A stretch of 27,928 nucleotides of DNA from Clostridiales bacterium (lineage in GTDB: Bacteria; Bacillota; Clostridia; TANB77; CAG-508): the NCBI GenBank assembly GCA_003518755.1, contig DOYA01000058.1, positions 1 through 27,928 on the forward strand. The letters are read 5' to 3'. The stretch's first letter is position 1. Each line of letters begins with the position of its first letter. Below the pieces are notes generated by a model that was not told the DNA's origin, did no database searches, and saw only the letters and a list, made by a program, of their open reading frames with translations. Positions 20,584 through 27,878 of the stretch are shown here, piece after piece. The translations under genes and the position numbers were made by a program.

Positions 20584-20703
20584 TTTGAAAAATATAGAAT
20601 CAAACAGGACAAGTTATATAAATCAGATTTTGATTTATTAATGGAAGAAAGTGAAGACTATAATGTTTAAAATATGGTTGTCTGTGCCGACCGAATTAAA
20701 TGG
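20584..20703 (+). pseudogene. 3' remnant of a RhuM gene followed by a short YhcG fragment
   Basis: FEKYRIKQDKLYKSDFDLL nearly identical to the end of RhuM 15523-16548; 20671-20703 resembles yhcG 22882-22915. Confidence 0.75.
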
Positions 20704-20741
20704 AATTGGTTAAATTAATAAAATTGGATAGGAGTAGATAA

Positions 20742-21338
20742 ATGGAATTAGAAGAATTAGCAAAAAAAATGCGCTTAAACGAATACGAGGTAGATGTTGT
20801 AAATTCAAAAGAAGAAGCAAAAGAGATTATTTTAAATATGTGTTCTAATAAAGTAGTAGGTATTGGGGATTCACATACAATTTCAGAATTAAATGTAATT
20901 GATGAGCTTAAACAAAATACAAAAGAACTATATGCAATGCAAATAGATAAAAGCAGAGAGAATAAATTAAAGTCATTAATTGTTGATGTATTTTTATTAA
21001 GTGCTAATGCATTATCTTATGATACTGGTGAAATGGTTAATATAGATATGGTTGGCAATAGAGTCGCTCCTTCTTTATATGGACCAGAGCAAGTTGTTTT
21101 TGTAATTGGTAAAAATAAAATTGTTAAAGATTTGTCTTCTGCTATTGATAGAGTCAAAAACTTTGTTGCACCAATTAATGCAAAAGCACACAACTTCAGC
21201 ACACCTTGTACAATAACAGGAAAATGTGAAAATTGCTCACACGAAAAAAGAATCTGTAGAACAATCGTAATCTATCAAAAAAGACCAAAGAAAACACCAA
21301 CTAGAATTATATTAGTAAATGAAGAATTGGGTTGGTAA
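20742..21338 (+). CDS. LUD domain (lactate utilization) protein
   Basis: SANAL...G.MVNID..GNRVA...GP, C...G.C..C....IC, ILVNEELG. Confidence 0.88.
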   Translation: MELEELAKKMRLNEYEVDVVNSKEEAKEIILNMCSNKVVGIGDSHTISELNVIDELKQNTKELYAMQIDKSRENKLKSLIVDVFLLSANALSYDTGEMVNIDMVGNRVAPSLYGPEQVVFVIGKNKIVKDLSSAIDRVKNFVAPINAKAHNFSTPCTITGKCENCSHEKRICRTIVIYQKRPKKTPTRIILVNEELGW

Positions 21339-21379
21339 CTACTGAAAATACTGAATTTTTTGCAATGAGATTTTTACAT
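21337..21379 (+). repeat. Partial junction J9 (distal arm only)
   Basis: ACTGAAAATACTGAATTTTTTGCAATGAGATTTTTACAT; rbgA half missing. Confidence 0.75.
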
Positions 21380-21413
21380 TTTAATAAAAAATATACGAGG
21401 AGGAATGAAATAA

Positions 21414-22433
21414 ATGCTAGAAGTAGACTTTAAAGAGATAATTAATGATATAAAACAAGAAATTAAAAGTACACAATATAAAGTTGCTGTACAGAGCAAT
21501 ATTAGTTTGATTTCAATGTATTTTAGACTTGGAAAAATATTAAATGATAATTATAAATATGGAAATAAATTTATCGATGAAGTTTCAAAAGACTTAAAAA
21601 TTGAATTTCCAAACTCAACTGGTTTTTCTGTAAGAAATTTAAAGTATATGAAAAAATTTTACCTTGAATATAAAGATGATGAACTCGTGCAACAGCTTGT
21701 TGCACAAGTTCCATGGGGACACAATATAGTTCTTATGGAAAAAATTAAAGATAAAGAAATAAGAAAAATTTATGCAGAAGCTATTTTGAAAAATGGTTGG
21801 GGAAGAGATATGCTTTCTATTCAAATAAAAAATGGATATCATTTAAGAATAGGTTCTTCAAATAATAATTTTGAGAATACTCTGCCAGCACTTGATAGTG
21901 ATTTAGTTAATTATACAATAAAAGATCCATATATTTTTGATTTTATATCTTTGAAAAATGAATACAAAGAAAAAGAACTAGAGAATGCAATGCTAAATAG
22001 AATTAAAGATGTGCTAATTGAACTTGGAAAAGGATTTAGTTTCGTTGGCAATCAATATAAAATTATTGTTGGAGGACAAGAATTCTTTATTGATTTATTA
22101 TTTTATCATTTAGAACTCAGAAGGTATGTAGTGGTAGAACTTAAAGCAAGTAGTTTTAAACCAGAATATACTGGACAAATAGGCTTTTATGTTACTGCAG
22201 TAGATGAACAATTAAAAAAAGAACATGATAATTCAACTATAGGATTATTATTATGTCAAGATAAAGACAGACTAACAGTAGATTATTCTTTAAAATCAAT
22301 GAATGTACCAATTGGAGTTTCATCATTTGAAATTGAAAAATATATACCTAAAGACGTTTTGGAAAAATTACCAACTGCAGAAGATATTAATATTCACTTA
22401 GAAATAGAAGAGGATGGTGAAGAAAATGAATAA
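21414..22433 (+). CDS. YhcG/DUF1016 family PD-(D/E)XK nuclease
   Basis: GFSVRNLKYM, PWGHN, KDPYIFDF, ELGKGFSFVGNQ, IDLLFYH, VVELK. Confidence 0.92.
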   Translation: MLEVDFKEIINDIKQEIKSTQYKVAVQSNISLISMYFRLGKILNDNYKYGNKFIDEVSKDLKIEFPNSTGFSVRNLKYMKKFYLEYKDDELVQQLVAQVPWGHNIVLMEKIKDKEIRKIYAEAILKNGWGRDMLSIQIKNGYHLRIGSSNNNFENTLPALDSDLVNYTIKDPYIFDFISLKNEYKEKELENAMLNRIKDVLIELGKGFSFVGNQYKIIVGGQEFFIDLLFYHLELRRYVVVELKASSFKPEYTGQIGFYVTAVDEQLKKEHDNSTIGLLLCQDKDRLTVDYSLKSMNVPIGVSSFEIEKYIPKDVLEKLPTAEDINIHLEIEEDGEENE

Positions 22434-22538
22434 AAACGAAATTTTTGCTAAAGTCCGTCTCAACTGGGATAGTGGGGCAAATAGAAAACTTTCTGTAACT
22501 GTTGATATAAGCGACTTTCAAAAAAATACATTTTGTAT
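22411..22538 (+). repeat. Junction J10 (MNKNEIFAKVRLNW + type-B arm)
   Basis: ATG 22426; CTCAACTGG GATAGTGGGGCAAATAGA; arm like J8. Confidence 0.85.
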
Positions 22539-22573
22539 ATTTAATAAAAAATAGAAAGGAGAATAAAGCATAG

Positions 22574-23632
22574 ATGGATGATAAGAATTTAGTTATTAAT
22601 AATGACAATAACGAAATAGTAGATATTGAAATCATATATAAGGATATAAAAGATAAAATATTAACTGCTCGTTCTAAAATGTTAAAGCACATAGATACTA
22701 CCATGACAGAAGTATATTGGTATGTAGGGAAAATAACATATGAATTGTCTGAGAATAGTACTAAAGCTAGTTATGGGAAAAAGATAATTGATGCATTATC
22801 TGCAAAATTAACAAATGAATTTGGAAGTGGATTTTCACCTGTTAGTATAAGAAGAATGCGTAGATTTTATGAGTTCTATCCAATTTGGTCGACAGTGTCG
22901 ACCGAATTGAGTTGGGCTCATTTTCAAGAATTAATTAGAATAGATAGAAAAGAAGAAAGAGATTTTTATGAGAAAGAATCTATAAAATCTAATTGGGGAT
23001 GTAGAGAACTTCGCAGACAAATAAATACTAAATTGTATGATAGATACTTGATATCTCCCGATAAAGATAAAATAATTGAAGAATCTAAAAAAGGATTAAT
23101 AGAGAAACAACCAGAAGAGTTATTAAAAAATCCATATATATTTGAGTTTGCAGGACTAAAAGAAAACAAAAACTATTTAGAAACAGATTTAGAAAAGGCT
23201 TTACTTTCACACTTAACTGAGTTTTTACTTGAACTTGGAAGAGGGTTTTCGTTTGTTGCAAATCAACAAAGAATAAAAATCGGCTCTGAATACTATTATC
23301 CAGATTTAGTATTTTACAATAGGTTAGCTAAATGTTTTGTAATAATAGATTTAAAAATTGGAAAGTTAACACATCAAGATATTGGACAAATGCAAATGTA
23401 TGTAAATTATTATAAAAAGACTCAAATGATAGAGGGAGAAAATGAACCAATAGGAATTTTATTATGTGCAGATAAAGATGATGCAGTAGTAGAAATGACT
23501 CTTGGTGATTCTGTAAAAAATGTATATGCATCGAAATACTTAACATATATGCCATCAAAAGAAGAATTAATTAAAATAATAAGAGATGAAAAAGAACTTT
23601 ATGAATTAGCTCAGGAAAATGAAAAAGAATGA
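22574..23632 (+). CDS. YhcG/DUF1016 family PD-(D/E)XK nuclease (second paralog)
   Basis: YWYVG, LSWAHF, KNPYIFEF, ELGRGFSFV, DLVFYNR, IIDLK, GQMQMY. Confidence 0.92.
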   Translation: MDDKNLVINNDNNEIVDIEIIYKDIKDKILTARSKMLKHIDTTMTEVYWYVGKITYELSENSTKASYGKKIIDALSAKLTNEFGSGFSPVSIRRMRRFYEFYPIWSTVSTELSWAHFQELIRIDRKEERDFYEKESIKSNWGCRELRRQINTKLYDRYLISPDKDKIIEESKKGLIEKQPEELLKNPYIFEFAGLKENKNYLETDLEKALLSHLTEFLLELGRGFSFVANQQRIKIGSEYYYPDLVFYNRLAKCFVIIDLKIGKLTHQDIGQMQMYVNYYKKTQMIEGENEPIGILLCADKDDAVVEMTLGDSVKNVYASKYLTYMPSKEELIKIIRDEKELYELAQENEKE

Positions 23633-23678
23633 GTATAACATGAAAATGATGGATATGATTGATAATTAAATAAAAGGA

Positions 23679-24176
23679 GTGTTTAAAAATATGCAAACAG
23701 ACATAAATACAATAAATGAATTAGAAACAATATTCAATAAACATAAAAATGAAAGAATATGTGTACTTGGAACAATATGCATAGGTAAAACTACATTAAT
23801 TAATCAATTGAAAAATTGTGTTGACATTGATGATGAATTACTATCATTATTAAATGATAGAGATAAAGAGTTTATACAAAAAGTTCACAAACTAGAAATA
23901 CCATGGACTGAAGAAATTGGAGATGAAATTGACAGACTAACAAAAGAAAAAGTCAAAATTAAGCCTGGATTTCCTTTGTTTGGAACTGTTATACTAGATT
24001 GTGATATAATTATATATTTAGATATTGATGAAATAATTTTATCAGAACATTGCAAAAAAAGAAAAATTAGTTTAAATAGTGCTTTGGACATAAAAAAGAG
24101 TATAGAAGAGGATTTAAAATTATATAAAAAGAAAAATGAAAATATAGTATATTATTATTTAAAAGTAAGTGAGTAG
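23679..24176 (+). CDS. Hypothetical P-loop kinase-like protein
   Basis: ICVLGTICIGKTT Walker A-like, VDIDD. Confidence 0.6.
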   Translation: MFKNMQTDINTINELETIFNKHKNERICVLGTICIGKTTLINQLKNCVDIDDELLSLLNDRDKEFIQKVHKLEIPWTEEIGDEIDRLTKEKVKIKPGFPLFGTVILDCDIIIYLDIDEIILSEHCKKRKISLNSALDIKKSIEEDLKLYKKKNENIVYYYLKVSE

Positions 24177-24217
24177 TTAAAATTAAATTTGAATAAATAT
24201 AGAAAGTATTATAAGAT

Positions 24218-24350
24218 AGGAAAGTGAGAAATATGGAAGATAAAAATCAAAAGTTGCCAAGTACAAGGATTCAGTGCGATATGTGGATTCTAGGGAAACT
24301 ACACTTAAACTATTGAAAATACTGATTTTTTAATATTGAGATTTTTACAT
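24218..24350 (+). repeat. Junction J11 (MEDKNQKLPSTRIQC + arm); rbgA-proximal
   Basis: ATG 24233; left half like J6/J7, arm like J3. Confidence 0.87.
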
Positions 24351-24372
24351 TTTTAATAAAATGAGGTGAATT

Positions 24373-24885
24373 ATGAGTTTATCAATAACATATGTTTGTT
24401 CACAAATATTAGTAATTATATATTATTTAATATATGCTTCAACTTTTAATTTAAAAGATAAGTCTAAAATATTGAAATTTGGTATACTTGCTACTATTAT
24501 GAGCGCATTATCCTATTTATTGCTTGGTGCATATACAGGAGTAGCAATGTGTGTTATTTCAATTATAAGAAATATATGGTTTAATAAATCAAAAAGTAAA
24601 AATAGTTTAATTATAGTTTTTATTATTATGTTAATAGCAAGTATAATAAGTTATCAAGATGTTTTTTCGCTATTAAGTATTATTGCAACTATGATTTATA
24701 CATATGCATTATGGCAAAAGAGTACTAAAAAATATAAACTATTTGGAATTGCAGTTAATTTATTAATGATTGGATATGATATATCAATTATGTCTATTAT
24801 GGGAGTTATATTTATGATAATAGCATTTATAAGCTCAATCATAGGTTATATTAAAGATAGAGAAGGAGTTGATCCAAATGAATGA
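24373..24885 (+). CDS. YgjV-family inner membrane protein
   Basis: SQIL..., YLLLGAYTG...SIIRN pattern; stop overlaps the rbgA start. Confidence 0.75.
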   Translation: MSLSITYVCSQILVIIYYLIYASTFNLKDKSKILKFGILATIMSALSYLLLGAYTGVAMCVISIIRNIWFNKSKSKNSLIIVFIIMLIASIISYQDVFSLLSIIATMIYTYALWQKSTKKYKLFGIAVNLLMIGYDISIMSIMGVIFMIIAFISSIIGYIKDREGVDPNE

Positions 24886-25780
24886 AAATAAAACTAATAT
24901 TAACTGGTACCCAGGTCACATGGCAAAAACCAGAAAAGAAATAATAGAAGATTTAAAACTAATAGATGTAGTAATTGAACTATTAGATAGTAGAATACCT
25001 CTATCAAGCAGAAATCCGGATATTACAGAAATAACGAAAAATAAAGATAGGATTATAGTCTTAAATAAAAGTGATTTATCAGATAAAAAAGAAAATGACA
25101 AGTGGATAAAGTACTTTAAAGAAAATGGTTTAATAGCCATAGAATGTGATTCAAATAGTGGACGTGGAATAAATGAAGTATTACGTGCAATAGAGAAACT
25201 TAAAGAAAAAGAATTGCAAGAATATGCAAGTAAAGGAAGAACAGGTAGAAAAATTCGTGCAATGATTTTAGGAATACCAAATGTAGGGAAGTCTTCGTTT
25301 ATTAATAGAGTCTCTAAAACCAATAGATTAGAAGTGGGAAATAAACCTGGAGTTACAAAGAAAAAACAGTGGATTAGAATAAACGAAAAAATAGAACTTT
25401 TAGACACACCAGGTGTTTTATGGCCAAAATTTGATAATGAAAAAGTTGCACTTAACTTAGCATATACTGGATCTATAAAAGATGAAATATTACCACAAAT
25501 AGAAATTGCATACCAATTATTAAAATATTTACTTGAAAACTATAAAAGCAATATATCAGAAAGATATAAATTATCAATAGATTATATAGATGAAATATTA
25601 AATCAAAACCAACCAGAAAATTTTAATATTTATGAAATAATGCAAGAAATTGGAAAGAAAAGAGGAGCAATTGTTTCTGGAGGACAAGTTGATGATGAAA
25701 AAGTTGCAAGAATTATTTTAGATGATTTTAGAAGCGGAAAGCTTGGCAAAATTACCTTAGAGAGAAGTGATGTGAAATGA
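24878..25780 (+). CDS. rbgA: Ribosome biogenesis GTPase RbgA/YlqF
   Basis: INWYPGHMAK, DSRIP, NKSD, GIPNVGKSS, PGVT, DTPG; AAGGAG RBS before ATG 24878. Confidence 0.96.
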   Translation: MNENKTNINWYPGHMAKTRKEIIEDLKLIDVVIELLDSRIPLSSRNPDITEITKNKDRIIVLNKSDLSDKKENDKWIKYFKENGLIAIECDSNSGRGINEVLRAIEKLKEKELQEYASKGRTGRKIRAMILGIPNVGKSSFINRVSKTNRLEVGNKPGVTKKKQWIRINEKIELLDTPGVLWPKFDNEKVALNLAYTGSIKDEILPQIEIAYQLLKYLLENYKSNISERYKLSIDYIDEILNQNQPENFNIYEIMQEIGKKRGAIVSGGQVDDEKVARIILDDFRSGKLGKITLERSDVK

Positions 25781-25793
25781 GAGAAATGTGAGG

Positions 25794-25817
25794 TGTAGGG
25801 GCGATTTTAATCGCCCG
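25794..25817 (+). repeat. GTAG-type REP-like palindrome, copy 2
   Basis: TGTAGGGGCGATTTTAATCGCCCG with GGGCGATT/AATCGCCC stem. Confidence 0.7.
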
Positions 25818-25856
25818 CAAAACAATAACAATTTCAAAAGGAGAAGAACAATCAAA

Positions 25857-26270
25857 ATGAATATAGAAGAATTTATTCCATTTAATAAAAATGAAGAGGA
25901 AGTTAATCAAATGTCGCCACTTGTTTGGGCATATGTTGGAGATTGCGTTTATGAATTATTTATAAGAACACATTTAGTAAATACTACAAAATTAAATCCA
26001 CATAAATTACATATAGAAGCAATCAAATATGTAAAAGCAGGAGCTCAGGCTAAATTGTTACAAGAGATAAACGATATATTAACAGATGAAGAAAAAGATA
26101 TTGTAAGAAGAGCAAGAAATGCAAACAATCATCATCTACCTAAAAACTCAAATGTTCAAGAATATATGTATGCAACAGCTTTCGAAGCATTAATAGGGTA
26201 TTTGTATTTGTGTAAAAAATATGATAGGGTAAAAGAAATATTTGACATGGTAAAAACTTTCCAAAAATAG
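25857..26270 (+). CDS. mrnC: Mini-ribonuclease III
   Basis: AYVGDCVYEL, YVKAGAQA, RRARN, ATAFEALIGYLYL; start at ATG 25857 after AAGGAG. Confidence 0.92.
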   Translation: MNIEEFIPFNKNEEEVNQMSPLVWAYVGDCVYELFIRTHLVNTTKLNPHKLHIEAIKYVKAGAQAKLLQEINDILTDEEKDIVRRARNANNHHLPKNSNVQEYMYATAFEALIGYLYLCKKYDRVKEIFDMVKTFQK

Positions 26271-26299
26271 TTGTAAAAATTAGCAAAAACTGATATACT
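26271..26299 (+). promoter_or_regulatory. SigA-type extended -10 promoter of the asp23 operon
   Basis: TTGTAA(26271)-17-TATACT(26294) with TG. Confidence 0.6.
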
Positions 26300-26332
26300 A
26301 ATGATATCAAATTATTTGAGGAGGATAAAATT

Positions 26333-26782
26333 ATGGAAGAGAATAATAATGAAAATTTAGAAAACTTAGATATGTTAGATGAAGTTGACAATGGAACAGA
26401 GGGAATAAAAATTGCAAGTGATGTTATTGCCGTTATTTCTGGTGTTGCAGTATCAGAAGTAAAAGGTGTTTTTGCCATGGCAGGTGGCTTTGCAGGAGGA
26501 ATTACAGAAGTTCTTAAAGGCAAGAAAAATTTAGCAAAAGGAATCAAAGTTGAAACAGAAAATAATAAAGCAAAAATTGATGTTAATATAATAGTTGAAT
26601 ATGGAGCAAGAATTCCAGATGTAGCATTTGAAATTCAAAATAAAGTGAAAAAATCAGTTGAAGAAATGACAGGACTTAAGGTTGAAGAAGTTAATGTTCA
26701 TGTCCAAGGAGTAAATACTCAAAAATTAACTGAAGATGAAGTAGAAGATAATATAGATGAAGAGAATACAACTGAAGAATAA
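26333..26782 (+). CDS. Asp23/Gls24 family protein
   Basis: IASDVIAVISG.A..EVKGV, YGARIPDVA..IQ..VK..VE.MTGL.V.EVNVHV. Confidence 0.92.
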   Translation: MEENNNENLENLDMLDEVDNGTEGIKIASDVIAVISGVAVSEVKGVFAMAGGFAGGITEVLKGKKNLAKGIKVETENNKAKIDVNIIVEYGARIPDVAFEIQNKVKKSVEEMTGLKVEEVNVHVQGVNTQKLTEDEVEDNIDEENTTEE

Positions 26783-26920
26783 TCAGTTTAAAAAAAATTA
26801 TAATTTTAATTTATTAAAATTTGAATATTTTTGAATACAATATATTAAAAAAATAAGTATTTTTGGAAGGAGGAAGCCAGTTATTAATTAAATATATGTA
26901 TTTAACTGGTTAGATTTATA

Positions 26921-27475
26921 ATGAAAAAATTAGATAAAATAATATTAGCACTATTTTCTATTTTAATATTTTTAGAATCAATTTTGGTAATATCAGTAGT
27001 AGCAGGTTGGATAAAATTAAGCACTTTAAATGTATTTGCTAGTCAAGCATTAGAAGATACAAATATTTCTAAAGTAGTTTTAGGAACATCAATAGTATGT
27101 TTGCTTTGTAGTATAAAAGGAATTTTCTTTGAATCATCTGATAAAAAGAATAGAAAACAAGGTGTTTTAATGCAAAATGATAATGGAAAGCTTTTAATTT
27201 CAAAATCTACAATAGAGAATATTGTACAAAATGTTGTTAAAGGTTTTGATAGTGTGGAAAACACATCAGTTTCTACAGAATTTGACAATATGAATAATTT
27301 AAGTATAAATGTTAATTTAGTTGTAGGAAAAAATGTAGTTATTAAAGAACTTACACTTAATTTACAAAATAAAATAAAAGAAGCAATTAAGAAAACATCT
27401 GATTTAGATGTAAAAGAAGTAAATGTTAAAATTAAGGACATTGCTACTGATAAGAAAGATGAGATTAAAGAATAA
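26921..27475 (+). CDS. amaP: Alkaline shock response membrane anchor AmaP
   Basis: Two N-terminal TMs, G.LLIS..TIE, Asp23-like C-terminus; synteny. Confidence 0.8.
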   Translation: MKKLDKIILALFSILIFLESILVISVVAGWIKLSTLNVFASQALEDTNISKVVLGTSIVCLLCSIKGIFFESSDKKNRKQGVLMQNDNGKLLISKSTIENIVQNVVKGFDSVENTSVSTEFDNMNNLSINVNLVVGKNVVIKELTLNLQNKIKEAIKKTSDLDVKEVNVKIKDIATDKKDEIKE

Positions 27476-27524
27476 TCATTAGTAGTTGAATTGAATTAAA
27501 TTATAATTTAGAAAGGACTTAAAA

Positions 27525-27728
27525 ATGGAAAATATAAAAGATTTTTGGAACAATTATAAAGGTGCAATTATAGGAATAGTTATTGCTATATTAGTACTTG
27601 CCACAAGAATTTATAATTTTATATTGGCAGTAGTTTTACTTGTCATTGGTGCATTTGCTGGAAATTATATACAACAAAATAAAGATAATGTTAAAGAAAA
27701 AATTAAAAATTTTATAGATAGAATGTAA
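27525..27728 (+). CDS. DUF2273-like small membrane protein
   Basis: GAIIG...; position between amaP and nusB. Confidence 0.75.
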   Translation: MENIKDFWNNYKGAIIGIVIAILVLATRIYNFILAVVLLVIGAFAGNYIQQNKDNVKEKIKNFIDRM

Positions 27729-27878
27729 TAACGGACTAACAAATTCTAAGAAGCATAGCTTCAAGAATTTGTAACGTTCGCATATATTATCTTCTACGTC
27801 AAAATCGTCTACAAGACGATTTTTCCTAGAATTTAATAAAAAGGGGGATTATTTACCAAATTGGTAAATATACTAAAT

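Larger units (their letters stand above)
11872..24907 (+). mobile_element. Tandem gene-cassette array integrated at the rbgA 5' end (integron-like)
   Basis: About 11-12 units of 1-2 co-oriented genes separated by rbgA-5'/arm junctions and ending at intact rbgA. Confidence 0.8.

Noticed and set aside
11872..24350. Junction repeats as a CRISPR array or classical integron attC sites
   Set aside because: The intervening sequences are whole genes, there are no cas genes, and the repeats lack the RYYYAAC...GTTRRRY hairpin structure. No intI is present.
8750..24900. Prophage or ICE interpretation of the accessory region
   Set aside because: No integrase, relaxase, conjugation, replication or virion genes.
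25788..25856. N-terminal extension MRCRGDFNRP of the mrnC ORF
   Set aside because: It is the translation of the REP palindrome; the RBS supports ATG 25857.
2416..27441. Short minus-strand or alternative-frame ORFs in the track (e.g. 2416-2655, 4269-4628, 6293-6505, 24916-25407, 27043-27441)
   Set aside because: They are shadows overlapping well-supported genes, with no RBS or motifs.
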